DNA of 64,000 nt, taken from a virus (lineage: Duplodnaviria > Caudoviricetes). The notes beneath the pieces were generated by a model that did not search any database, was not told where the DNA came from, and worked only from the letters and a program-made list of their open reading frames with translations. A program made the translations under genes and the position numbers. The stretch spans positions 11,590-75,589 of IMG/VR virus record IMGVR_UViG_2802429321_000001; one strand, written 5' to 3'. Within the stretch, counting starts at the first letter, position 1. Every line of letters begins with the position of its first letter. This document shows positions 20,441 to 28,595 of the stretch, in pieces.

Positions 20441-20875
20441 TCATGCACGCCCCGGCTGGTGCCAGGCGCCCGCACGGGCACGTTCAGCCTGTTGGACCCT
20501 GGCGTCAACCAGGCGCCCCACCTCGTGTGAATCGGGTGAACTGATGACGATGTACGTGTCGTTGCTGTGGCACGAGCAGACGCAGGGCCTGTCCTTGGGT
20601 TCGATCACGCCACCCTCGGCGTACACGGTGGGCTGCTGCTCGGTCACGCCGGGATCGCCTTCCTGCAGTGCATGCTGCTCGGAGCTGGCTGCACCTGGCT
20701 GGTGTACCAACGGAAAGAAGATTCTGGGTGCAGCTGCCCTCATGGCTTCGAACGTCTCGCGGGGCAGTCGGGCGACGAGCTGGCCGTCAACCTTGTAGAG
20801 GTCGACCGTGTTCGGTGCGGCGTGGGGAATGAGCGCGTGGAACAGGGGCCGCTGGGGTGTTGGCTTGCGCTTCAC
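20441..20875 (-). CDS. Hypothetical protein
   Basis: Coupled (GTGA overlap) to upstream gene. Confidence 0.55.
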   Translation of the reverse strand: MKRKPTPQRPLFHALIPHAAPNTVDLYKVDGQLVARLPRETFEAMRAAAPRIFFPLVHQPGAASSEQHALQEGDPGVTEQQPTVYAEGGVIEPKDRPCVCSCHSNDTYIVISSPDSHEVGRLVDARVQQAERARAGAWHQPGRA

Positions 20876-21456
20876 GCTGCACCATCGACGGTGATGCCAT
20901 AGCCGACGGCGATGTCCTTGAGGGTGGCGCAGGGCCAGGGCTCGTAGTCGCCGTCTTGCTCGCTGATGCAGTGGTCGCAGCCGTTGCCCATGGTGCAGGT
21001 GGCGCAGTACTCGATGTCGCGGAGCCCGTCGGGGCTGGTGTCGTCAGCGGCTATGCCGGTGCCTGGCTTGTGGCGGACAATGATGCGGCGGTCTGCCGTG
21101 CAGCGGCGGAGTACGGCGAGATCCGGGCTCGGTTTCGCGTTGCATGTGGTCAGCCACTGTTCGTGGGTCAGTGGGCACCTGCAGGGGTCTTCGTAGTAGA
21201 CCGGGCCACTGGTTGTCTGGCGCGTGAAGCAGCTTCTGGTGACACCATCATGGCGAGACCAGGTACCGAGTGTCGCGGTGCAAACAGGGCATTTGGCCAG
21301 TTCGGGTTGACCCAGTGTCGTTTTGGCGTTCTCGGACCGCTCGACGCTTGCGATGGCGACGAGGATGCGGTGGGTCAGGTCTGATGCTGGCGGCATGATT
21401 TGACCTTCTGAATCGAGTACCTTCTCGACAAGTTCGGCACTTACGTGATCTTGCAT
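20872..21456 (-). CDS. Hypothetical Cys-rich protein
   Basis: CPVC, CRC, CATC...CDHC motifs; start uncertain. Confidence 0.55.
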   Translation of the reverse strand: MQDHVSAELVEKVLDSEGQIMPPASDLTHRILVAIASVERSENAKTTLGQPELAKCPVCTATLGTWSRHDGVTRSCFTRQTTSGPVYYEDPCRCPLTHEQWLTTCNAKPSPDLAVLRRCTADRRIIVRHKPGTGIAADDTSPDGLRDIEYCATCTMGNGCDHCISEQDGDYEPWPCATLKDIAVGYGITVDGAA

Positions 21457-21470
21457 GGGGTGCTGACTGC

Positions 21471-21833
21471 TTACCGCTCCCGCCCGAACCGGTGTCCGGG
21501 CTGCAGCCGTGCGGTCTGTGCGTTATGGCAGGCAACACACAAGCCCCGCCCATGCTGCGGGTCGTTGGGGTCCGCGCCCGCGGCGACGAGTTCCCGCCGG
21601 GACTTCGGGTAGTGGTCGGCGACCACGGCAGGTTCCCCGCAGAGAACGCACAGTGGGTTCTTCTCCAGGACCCCGGCACGGAACCGGTTTCGGTGCTCTG
21701 TCCCATAGCCGCGTTGTGTGGCGTCTCCGCGTTTGCTCTCGGAGAGCTTGCGGACTTGGGCGTGGCAGCGGCGGCAGCGGCCGACGGTGGGTTGCCCGCA
21801 GCGTCCGCATCGGCGGGGCGGCCGGTTAGGCAC
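21471..21833 (-). CDS. Packaging-type HNH endonuclease (HK97 gp74-like)
   Basis: MPNRPPRRC...QRGYGTEH...PLCVLC...VADH...RGLCVACHNAQT. Confidence 0.88.
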   Translation of the reverse strand: MPNRPPRRCGRCGQPTVGRCRRCHAQVRKLSESKRGDATQRGYGTEHRNRFRAGVLEKNPLCVLCGEPAVVADHYPKSRRELVAAGADPNDPQHGRGLCVACHNAQTARLQPGHRFGRER

Positions 21834-22248
21834 CGGCTTGGCTGGCTGGCGGGTCGATGCGCTGCTCGATGGTGGTGCCGTCGCCGAGGTGCCAGGTGAT
21901 ACCGGACAGCTGATAGTCGCGATACTGGCCGTCGATGTGGCTGCTCGTGTAGATCGGCGTCATCGACACCGCACCAGCGGGGGCGTCGGGCATGTACACG
22001 TGGAACGTGGTGGTGTGGAGTTCCTGGCCGCGTGGGCTCAGGATCGTGGCGCCGGCGGGGAGCCTGAACAGATCGGCGAGGATCGTGTTGTTGCAGCGGA
22101 GCTCGACGACATGCCCGGGGTGCGGCTGCTGGTCGCAGCGTGGGTGGTGGCCGTTGGGGGCGCCGATGCGGAGGTCGACGGCCCACCTGTTGCAGTCGCA
22201 GGAGGTTGGAGCCTCAGTGTCGGGTGCGGCGTGCCTAGGGGTCGTCAC
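21826..22248 (-). CDS. Hypothetical protein
   Basis: Overlap-coupled ORF. Confidence 0.55.
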   Translation of the reverse strand: MTTPRHAAPDTEAPTSCDCNRWAVDLRIGAPNGHHPRCDQQPHPGHVVELRCNNTILADLFRLPAGATILSPRGQELHTTTFHVYMPDAPAGAVSMTPIYTSSHIDGQYRDYQLSGITWHLGDGTTIEQRIDPPASQAGA

Positions 22249-22664
22249 TAGCTTCCCCCGTGGCCGTCGTTGTCCCGCGTGTAGCGGTCAGCTTGCTCTG
22301 CGGTCATGACGTACTCGCCATCAGCGTGAGCGTGGCTGGCGCGGACTATCCCGATCCCCGGAGGTAGATGGCCGCCGTTGTCGTAGTGGCGTTGCTGTTC
22401 AACCGGCAGCTCGGTCGGCTCTGCCAGGACTTCACCCCTGAGCAGCTCTCTTTGCTCGTCGATGCGGCGAATGGTGACCACAAGCCTCTTCGGTACCGCG
22501 AACACGACCTTGTTGTCGCTGTCCTTGAACTGCAGCAGGTCGTGGGCCTGCTCGCCGCTCATGCTGAAGTAGGCGGCGTGGACCTTGGTCCGTTCCGCGT
22601 TGCCGCCGTTACTGAAGTAGGTGAGCTGCCACGTGCGCATCGGGGGAGTCTTCTGCTCGGTCAT
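22248..22664 (-). CDS. Hypothetical protein
   Basis: Start re-called at MTEQKTP; C-terminal GEYVMTAEQA. Confidence 0.55.
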   Translation of the reverse strand: MTEQKTPPMRTWQLTYFSNGGNAERTKVHAAYFSMSGEQAHDLLQFKDSDNKVVFAVPKRLVVTIRRIDEQRELLRGEVLAEPTELPVEQQRHYDNGGHLPPGIGIVRASHAHADGEYVMTAEQADRYTRDNDGHGGS

Positions 22665-23652
22665 GGTTGTTCCCGTGGTGGTTGAGGTTGTAGGCGTCGA
22701 GCCAGTGGTGCAGGTTGTGGTCGATGGTCCAGCCGCGTGCGACCTGCCGGGCTGCAATGCTCATCGCCGCCCGGGTATCTGGGTCGGCGAGTGCGCGGAG
22801 CGCTGTGGTCCAGTCGTGCGGGTACTTCACGAGCCACCCGGTCTCGCCGTGGGCCACGGTGTCCGCGTACGGGCCGAAGTCGGAGGCGATGACGGGGATA
22901 CCGAGGGCGCCAAGCTCACGAACCCGCAGGTCGGACTTGGACCGGTTGAACACGCCAGGCCTGAGTGGCGCGAGGCCGATGTCGAAGTCGATGTACCGCA
23001 GGTAGTCCTCGACCCCAGGCAGCCAGTTACTGTGCCGTGCCCGGTTCGGGCGAGCAGTGAAGTAGGCGCCGATCGTGTGCAGCTCGACGTCGGGGTTGCG
23101 GTCCACGAACCGTTTCACGGCGGGCGCGCACTCGTCCCAGTCTTTCAGGTGGCTGTAGCCGCCGGCCCAACCGACCGTGAGGAGGTCGTTGGTGACGGGC
23201 GGCTGGTGGTCGAGCATCCACGAGTCGACGCAGTTCGGGACGACGGCGACGTTCGAGTTGAACTTCGAGGCAACCTCGGCGAGCGTCGCGGTGGACACGG
23301 TGACGAGGTGGGCTGCGGCGATGTTGCGTTCGAGGTCCCGCAGAGCCTGCTGGTTGTACACGGAGAATGCGGGTTCGTTGTGGGCCTCGATGTTCCACAT
23401 GTCGTCGTCCAGGTCGAGTACCAGCATGCTGTCGCTGTGCTCGGCGAGGTGCTGCCAGGTTCGTGTGGATCCTGGGTCAGCGAGTCTCTGCGCGACGATG
23501 ACATCGGCGGTGGAGTCGTGGAGCACGTCCAACGGCAGTACGCGGCCGTAGGTGGCGTCGAAGCCACGCGAGGCGAGCGCCTTCAGCGGCACTTGGATCC
23601 GGTAGTGGCCGCAGCCTGATGTGTCCTCTTGCCAGCCGAAGATGCGGGTCAC
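22609..23652 (-). CDS. Glycosyltransferase (GT-B, GT4-like)
   Basis: Start re-called at GTG 23652; SGCGHYRI, LDLDDD, VGWAGG, DIGLAPL...NRSKSDLR...GIPVIASDFGPY. Confidence 0.88.
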   Translation of the reverse strand: MTRIFGWQEDTSGCGHYRIQVPLKALASRGFDATYGRVLPLDVLHDSTADVIVAQRLADPGSTRTWQHLAEHSDSMLVLDLDDDMWNIEAHNEPAFSVYNQQALRDLERNIAAAHLVTVSTATLAEVASKFNSNVAVVPNCVDSWMLDHQPPVTNDLLTVGWAGGYSHLKDWDECAPAVKRFVDRNPDVELHTIGAYFTARPNRARHSNWLPGVEDYLRYIDFDIGLAPLRPGVFNRSKSDLRVRELGALGIPVIASDFGPYADTVAHGETGWLVKYPHDWTTALRALADPDTRAAMSIAARQVARGWTIDHNLHHWLDAYNLNHHGNNHDRAEDSPDAHVAAHLLQ

Positions 23653-23972
23653 GGCGTCGGCCCACTCGGCGCCTCGGTGGCGTAGCGGATGCCGCGAACC
23701 GAGATGGGGTCGGGGCGCCCGTCGTGGTGGTAGACGAGGTGCAGCGCAGTCGAGCCCGCCGGCGCATCGGGGGCTTCGATCCCGAACGTGACGAGCCCGG
23801 TGTCGGGGTCGACGTCGGCGGAGATAACGCGAGTGTGGAGCGGCAGGTGCAGGAGGCGGTGCAGCATCTGCCCGGAGATCTGGAACTCGATACCCGGCTG
23901 CTCGGGCTGCTCGCTGGGTTGCTGCTGCGGGTTGCCGGTGCGGGCCCGATGCTGGGTGCGGGTGCGTGTCAC
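23649..23972 (-). CDS. Hypothetical protein
   Basis: Start re-called; overlap-coupled. Confidence 0.55.
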   Translation of the reverse strand: MTRTRTQHRARTGNPQQQPSEQPEQPGIEFQISGQMLHRLLHLPLHTRVISADVDPDTGLVTFGIEAPDAPAGSTALHLVYHHDGRPDPISVRGIRYATEAPSGPTP

Positions 23973-24208
23973 TGCTTCTCCTCGTCGGTCGAGGACTTGA
24001 TCTCGAGGAGACGCGGGTAGAGCGTGAGGGTGACCGCGGTGAATGCACTCTTGCCTGCATCGCCCGCTTTGATCTGGATGCCGTCTTCGGCGATCAGGCC
24101 GACATCGACACCGTTGATGTAGACGTGACCGGGGAGCAGCGGGCCGGATGCGGGCCCATTGGGTTCGATGATCTCGATGTGTGCACCCGTTGCTGGCGGC
24201 TGGGGCAT
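23969..24208 (-). CDS. Hypothetical protein
   Basis: RBS AGGAGG; VYINGVDVG. Confidence 0.6.
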   Translation of the reverse strand: MPQPPATGAHIEIIEPNGPASGPLLPGHVYINGVDVGLIAEDGIQIKAGDAGKSAFTAVTLTLYPRLLEIKSSTDEEKQ

Positions 24209-24251
24209 CGTTCCTCCTGGCGGACATCTGTGCAGATGGTTGCGCTACCCC

Positions 24252-24291
24252 TTGAAACTTCACTACGGGCGTAGCATACTTACAAGTGAAG
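24252..24291 (+). promoter_or_regulatory. Sigma70-type promoter with nested inverted repeats
   Basis: TTGAAA-17-CATACT; CTACG-GG-CGTAG and CTTCACT...AGTGAAG. Confidence 0.6.
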
Positions 24292-24313
24292 GCTCGAAGT
24301 GAGGAGGTCCACG

Positions 24314-24505
24314 ATGGACGCCATCGTCAAAAGCGCCGGAGGTCCGACCGAGGCTGTCGTATGGACTGCCAAGAACCTCGTTGGCCTGAATGCCAGCGAC
24401 GACTCCTACTACGACATGCTGCTCACCCCGGAGCAGGCTGAAGCCCTGGCTCAGGCGCTGCTCCTCAAGGCCGCCGAGGCTCGACACGCGACGGAGAACC
24501 AGTGA
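24314..24505 (+). CDS. Small acidic hypothetical protein
   Basis: RBS GAGGAGG, 63 aa, opposite strand to flanking genes. Confidence 0.7.
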   Translation: MDAIVKSAGGPTEAVVWTAKNLVGLNASDDSYYDMLLTPEQAEALAQALLLKAAEARHATENQ

Positions 24506-24750
24506 CCAGGAAACTGCTCACCACTGCCGACATCGCAGAACTGCGTGGGCTGGCCAACGCCGCCGTCGCCCGCACCTGGATTAGGCGTGTCGGTCTCAAG
24601 GCGGTCGACCGCGATCCCGTCACCGACGCCAAGCTCTACGACCAGGGCGAGGTTCAGGCAGCGGCTAAGTCGATGCCTGGCAAGGGCGTTGGTGGCGGCC
24701 GTCCAAGTCAGAAGTCAGTGGGCGCAGCCCAGGAGGAGCCAGGCAAGTAG
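24502..24750 (+). CDS. HTH DNA-binding protein (MerR/Xis-like)
   Basis: LLTTADIAELRGL...ARTWIRR...KLYDQGEV. Confidence 0.7.
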   Translation: MTRKLLTTADIAELRGLANAAVARTWIRRVGLKAVDRDPVTDAKLYDQGEVQAAAKSMPGKGVGGGRPSQKSVGAAQEEPGK

Positions 24751-25529
24751 ATGCCCCCAGGGCGCCGGTACTGCTTGCCCATCACCGGGAGCCACGCGCC
24801 CGGGGCGAGCTCGGGGTCGTGCGGGGCGTAGGCGTTCCACATGCTCGTCTTGAAGTCCGCGAGCCCGGATGGCTCGCTGGGGTAGGCGATGTCGTCGCGG
24901 ATCGCGTACCCGAGATACTCGTCGCGGCGGACCCGGGTGTTGCCGGAGGCGTCCCGGTCGGCCATGGCCGCGAGGATCGCGCCCGCCGTGTGGTCGACGT
25001 GGTCCCGGTTGGGTGCGGGGTCGCGGTGGCCGAGGGTGTTCTGGGTGCGGATGTAGTCCGGGGCCACGTCGGTGATCAGCGCGCTGAGCATGGCGACGAA
25101 CGCGGCCTGCGTGTAGCCGGGGCGGCCGTCGATCGGGTTCGCGATAAACGCGGGGTCGTGCAGCATCCGGTACAGGTCCCCGGTCGGGTCCTCCGGAGCC
25201 GCGGCGGCGTGGATGAACGTGAACACCAAGTGCAAGTTCGTGCCGTTGAGCTGGTTGGTGGCGACCTGGTGGCCATTCCACGTCTTCAGCTGGTACGTCC
25301 AGGAGTTTGGCATGCCACACGCCTCGGCGTAGGCGGCGCGCGCACCCTGGATGCGCATGTCCGCGTAGTCCATGCCGCCGTAGGTCTTCCCCGTCCGGTA
25401 CGGAACCTCACCGGCGGTGAGGTACACCGTCCACACGGTGCGGCCGTCGAAGATGTCGCCCCACAGGTCGGGGTTCATGAACAGGAGGTCATCGTCCTGG
25501 TGGGCGATGAACTGGATGGCGGTGGTCAC
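24708..25529 (-). CDS. PIG-L/LmbE-family de-N-acetylase
   Basis: FIAHQDDDLLFMNPDL, VYLTAGE, DHVDHTAG. Confidence 0.85.
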   Translation of the reverse strand: MTTAIQFIAHQDDDLLFMNPDLWGDIFDGRTVWTVYLTAGEVPYRTGKTYGGMDYADMRIQGARAAYAEACGMPNSWTYQLKTWNGHQVATNQLNGTNLHLVFTFIHAAAAPEDPTGDLYRMLHDPAFIANPIDGRPGYTQAAFVAMLSALITDVAPDYIRTQNTLGHRDPAPNRDHVDHTAGAILAAMADRDASGNTRVRRDEYLGYAIRDDIAYPSEPSGLADFKTSMWNAYAPHDPELAPGAWLPVMGKQYRRPGGIYLPGSSWAAPTDF

Positions 25530-25604
25530 GGATTCCCCTCGGCAGGTGGGTCGGCCGCCGCGGGGGCACCCGCGCGGTCCCGCGGCGGCCAGATCAGGTG
25601 CACG

Positions 25605-25646
25605 TCAGCAGACGTGCAGGAACAGGTGGACGAACAGCAACAGCAC
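25605..25646 (-). CDS. Candidate 13-aa hydrophobic peptide MLLLFVHLFLHVC
   Basis: GGGAGG RBS 8 nt upstream of GTG; followed by two hairpins. Confidence 0.3.
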   Translation of the reverse strand: MLLLFVHLFLHVC

Positions 25647-25676
25647 CCCAGTCACCTCCCCCCCGAGGTGGATCGG

Positions 25677-25853
25677 TCACTCCTTGTCGGTGAGGAGTGC
25701 GACCTGGTGCCCGTAGCGGGCAGCGAGGTGCTGGCAGTACCAGTCACCCTCTCGGACCCTGACCTGACAGGTATCGCAGCTGGCGATCACGTCAGCGGGA
25801 GTGATGCTGATCGGGAGGACGGCGCCGCGGGTGGTGCGAATCGGCACTGTCAT
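25677..25853 (-). CDS. Small hypothetical protein (CxxC...CxH)
   Basis: RBS GAGGAG; 58 aa. Confidence 0.55.
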   Translation of the reverse strand: MTVPIRTTRGAVLPISITPADVIASCDTCQVRVREGDWYCQHLAARYGHQVALLTDKE

Positions 25854-25857
25854 CTCC

Positions 25858-26082
25858 TCACGTGTGGTGGCGCGCGATCGCGGCGTTGGCCCGGAACATG
25901 CAGTCCTCGAGGTGCTCGATCGCGAGGTCCCGGTCATCGCAGGGCGGCACAACGTCGAGCAGGTGCCGGGCCAGGGTGCGACAGAGTGAGCGCACCGATT
26001 CGTGGGCTGCTCGACGCGTGTAGCTGTCAGCAGGGTGGTGGGCGAATCGGTGCTCAATGTCGTCGTGAGCAGCGGAAGTCAA
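25858..26082 (-). CDS. Acb2/Tad1-hairpin-like (DUF7681-type) protein, candidate nucleotide-signal sponge
   Basis: DIEHRFAHHP...HESVRSLCRTLARHLLDVVPPCDDRDLAIEHLEDCMFRANAAIAR; start approximate. Confidence 0.65.
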   Translation of the reverse strand: MTSAAHDDIEHRFAHHPADSYTRRAAHESVRSLCRTLARHLLDVVPPCDDRDLAIEHLEDCMFRANAAIARHHT

Positions 26083-26104
26083 CGAGATCCCCAGGGTGAA
26101 GTGG

Positions 26105-26530
26105 TTAAGCGCGTGGCCCGAGTGGCTTGTGCTGGCCGGTGTCAGGGTCGATGCCCAGGGAGTCGGCGAGGACACGGATCAGGCGGTTGGTGTCGTCCAC
26201 TGTGGTGGCTATGTGGACTTGCGCCTGGTGGTCGGCGTCGGCCTTCGCGTCCCGTTTCGCGTCGGCCCGGTTCGCCGCGCCTTGCAGGACGGGCAGCGCC
26301 CACGCCTGAAACCAGGAACTGAAGATCACTGAAACGGCCAGTTTCACCGAGTCCGGTGCGGGCAACGTCAACAACGGCACGAGGAACGTCACCCAGAACA
26401 GGGCCATCGAGCCGAGGACGCTGGACGCGATCCGGGCCACCATGAGGTTGAACCGATTGGTGGCCTGTCTGGTGGCGAGGAACTCACGAGGGTGCGGGAC
26501 CTGAGGGTGCACCACCACCCCCGGTGTCAC
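26105..26530 (-). CDS. DUF1003-like membrane protein
   Basis: Two hydrophobic segments then LPVLQGAANRADAKRDAKADADH. Confidence 0.65.
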   Translation of the reverse strand: MTPGVVVHPQVPHPREFLATRQATNRFNLMVARIASSVLGSMALFWVTFLVPLLTLPAPDSVKLAVSVIFSSWFQAWALPVLQGAANRADAKRDAKADADHQAQVHIATTVDDTNRLIRVLADSLGIDPDTGQHKPLGPRA

Positions 26531-26543
26531 TCTCGACAGCAGA

Positions 26544-26622
26544 AATCCTCAGCACGCTGGCTGAGGATTCTGGGCACAGATGTGGCTAGAACAAGCATGG
26601 ACTGTCCAGGTTGAATGGTCAA
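26544..26622 (-). promoter_or_regulatory. Candidate late promoter followed by terminator-like hairpin
   Basis: TTGACC-17-CATGCT (26622-26594); 10-bp stem at 26544-26569 followed by TCTG. Confidence 0.5.
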
Positions 26623-26996
26623 GTTTGGTGGCGTTGGGCGCGTCGCTGCCTCATTTCGGCATCCACGTTCTCCACGTCACCAACCCTGACGCGGAGGCGC
26701 CCATCGGAACCGGGGTGAGCAGTGAGTCGCTGGTCGCGCCTGGCCCACTTGTAGATCATGTCCCGGCTGCGGCCGACAAGCTCGGCGGCCACGTCGAGGG
26801 TGACCAGGTCGTTCTCCCCGTGGATCGCGACAGTGGGAAGGAGCCACTGCTGCCCGAACACCTCCGCCTGCCGGTCGAGGTGTGCGCAGGTATCTGGGTC
26901 CACGAGCTGGAGGGCACGCCGGTACTCGCGTGCGATGGCGCGGGCGGCGTCCAGGGCGGTGTCGCCGGGGATGGGCCACCGTCTCGGCTTGATCAC
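26619..26996 (-). CDS. HTH DNA-binding protein
   Basis: Start re-called; LVTLDVAAELVGRSRDMIYKWARR. Confidence 0.7.
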   Translation of the reverse strand: MIKPRRWPIPGDTALDAARAIAREYRRALQLVDPDTCAHLDRQAEVFGQQWLLPTVAIHGENDLVTLDVAAELVGRSRDMIYKWARRDQRLTAHPGSDGRLRVRVGDVENVDAEMRQRRAQRHQT

Positions 26997-27733
26997 GCCG
27001 CGTCGTGTTCGTAGGCGCGGGCCAGGATGCGCGACAGGTTGTCGTAGTCGTCGAGCGTCATCCTGTGTCGGCAGCGGCGGCAGTTGATGTGACTGTCGCC
27101 CTCCTGACGTTCCAGGCTGAGCCGAGAGCACGCCGGGCACGGGGTCCAGAGCCGGTCGGATCGGTGAGAACGGCCAGCGAGCGCCTCGACACGGTCATGC
27201 AGGCCGAGAAGTGCCAGGCCCCCGTCGACACCGTCCTCCTCGACAACGACACGCGCGTCCCCGGACCAGCGCATCACGGCGGTCATCGGCAGGTCGAGGA
27301 GCGCGGGCCAACTGTCGAGGAGCACATCAACAGAGCGTCGCGCCCGGTAGTTGGGGCGGCCACCGATGTGCAGGTAGGTTCCGGCGCGTTCGGCGACAGG
27401 CCACGCCCATCGTTCAAGTTCATCGACGAGGGCGGCTTGGAGGGCTTCGACGTTGAGGCGGATGGGGACGGGTAGTTCCCGGGTGCCCCCGGTGGGTTCG
27501 GTGAGGGGGTTGGCGCCTTTACCGAGGAGTTCGCCGAGCTCGTCGTAGTCCGCGAGGGCCTGTTCGATGGCGCGGCGCACGGTGTCGGTGTCCATGCGGC
27601 AGAGGCCGCTGGGGGCCGTTGCCCAGTCAGGGACGCGGGCGCGGGTGGTGCCGTCGTCTGCGGTGTTGGTGTAGGTGCGGGCGTTGGTGCAGTGGGTGCC
27701 GCGGCGGCAGCGGAGTGTGTCTTCGGTAGTCAT
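26993..27733 (-). CDS. Zn-ribbon protein, possible late-gene regulator
   Basis: C-terminal CPAC...CRRC; N-terminal CRRGTHC; position before late genes. Confidence 0.55.
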   Translation of the reverse strand: MTTEDTLRCRRGTHCTNARTYTNTADDGTTRARVPDWATAPSGLCRMDTDTVRRAIEQALADYDELGELLGKGANPLTEPTGGTRELPVPIRLNVEALQAALVDELERWAWPVAERAGTYLHIGGRPNYRARRSVDVLLDSWPALLDLPMTAVMRWSGDARVVVEEDGVDGGLALLGLHDRVEALAGRSHRSDRLWTPCPACSRLSLERQEGDSHINCRRCRHRMTLDDYDNLSRILARAYEHDAA

Positions 27734-27805
27734 GACAGACCTCTCTGACTGGTGGTGGCGGCTGGCGACCTAGGCCACTGACTGGGGTGGACGTTGGAGA
27801 ACGGG

Positions 27806-27958
27806 TCAGGCGCCGATCGCGACCAGCAGTGCCGCGACGCCCGCGAGGACGGCGGCAGTGACCCCGAGGATCAGTCCGGCGCGTCCGCTGATGAGGTAGG
27901 CGAGCGCGAGTGCGAGGACGGCTACGGGGATGAGTAGGGCGCGGAGCATGGGGTTCAC
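27806..27958 (-). CDS. 50-aa two-TM membrane protein
   Basis: Manual translation MNPMLRALLIPVAVLALALAYLISGRAGLILGVTAAVLAGVAALLVAIGA; RBS AAGGAG. Confidence 0.65.
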   Translation of the reverse strand: MNPMLRALLIPVAVLALALAYLISGRAGLILGVTAAVLAGVAALLVAIGA

Positions 27959-28416
27959 GGGGTCTCCTTCGTGTGGGTGTTGAGCCAGGAGCGTTGGACG
28001 CCTCGAATGGAGACATGGACCTCGGCGGGCCGGGTGTAACGGTCGTGCTCTATGGACGTGTACTGCTTCTCGTGGCCGGTGGTGAGGTTCACTGCGACTG
28101 GGACGACGCCGTGCTCATCCAGTTGGTCGGCGAACTCGGTCAGGGCTGCGGCGAGTGCACGCAGCGGGTTCGGCAGCGCATTGATCCGCTGCGCGAGGTG
28201 ATCCTCGAGGCCGCCCACAGTGGATTCTGGGGAGCCAACCACGAACGGGCTCTCCACGGGAGACGGTGCTTCCGGGAGAGTCTGCCGCCACACGTGTCGG
28301 GCCGCCATCGTGGTCTCAAGGAGCTGATCGGACCCGACAGGCCAGGGCGGGGTGGTCCACTCGCGGCGGGTCTGGACAGCGAGGAGTTCGGGGTTGACGT
28401 CGTCGTGGGGGATCAC
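27955..28416 (-). CDS. Hypothetical protein
   Basis: Start re-called; RBS GAGGAG. Confidence 0.55.
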   Translation of the reverse strand: MIPHDDVNPELLAVQTRREWTTPPWPVGSDQLLETTMAARHVWRQTLPEAPSPVESPFVVGSPESTVGGLEDHLAQRINALPNPLRALAAALTEFADQLDEHGVVPVAVNLTTGHEKQYTSIEHDRYTRPAEVHVSIRGVQRSWLNTHTKETP

Positions 28417-28595
28417 GTGGTCTCCTCGGGGCGGGTGTCGCGGTGGCGGCCGGAGCCGGGGCAGGTGGCGCCTTTGGGTTTGCCGGTTCGGCTGTGGCGT
28501 TCGGTGCGGTGGGGTGCGAGGTATCCGGTGTGGCGGTCCACGACGATCCCTGGGCGGTGGCAGAAGTTGCAGCACGCCAGTTCGGGGCCGGTCAC
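28413..28595 (-). CDS. Small Zn-finger-like protein
   Basis: CNFC...H...CPGSG. Confidence 0.55.
   Translation of the reverse strand: MTGPELACCNFCHRPGIVVDRHTGYLAPHRTERHSRTGKPKGATCPGSGRHRDTRPEETT

Noticed and set aside
24270-24285. Partial complementarity of spacer 2 to the promoter at 24252-24291 (GTAGCATACT versus GTAGCACACT)
   Set aside because: 9 of 10 nt but outside the seed, needs a gap, and no clear PAM; too weak to call a self-regulatory target.
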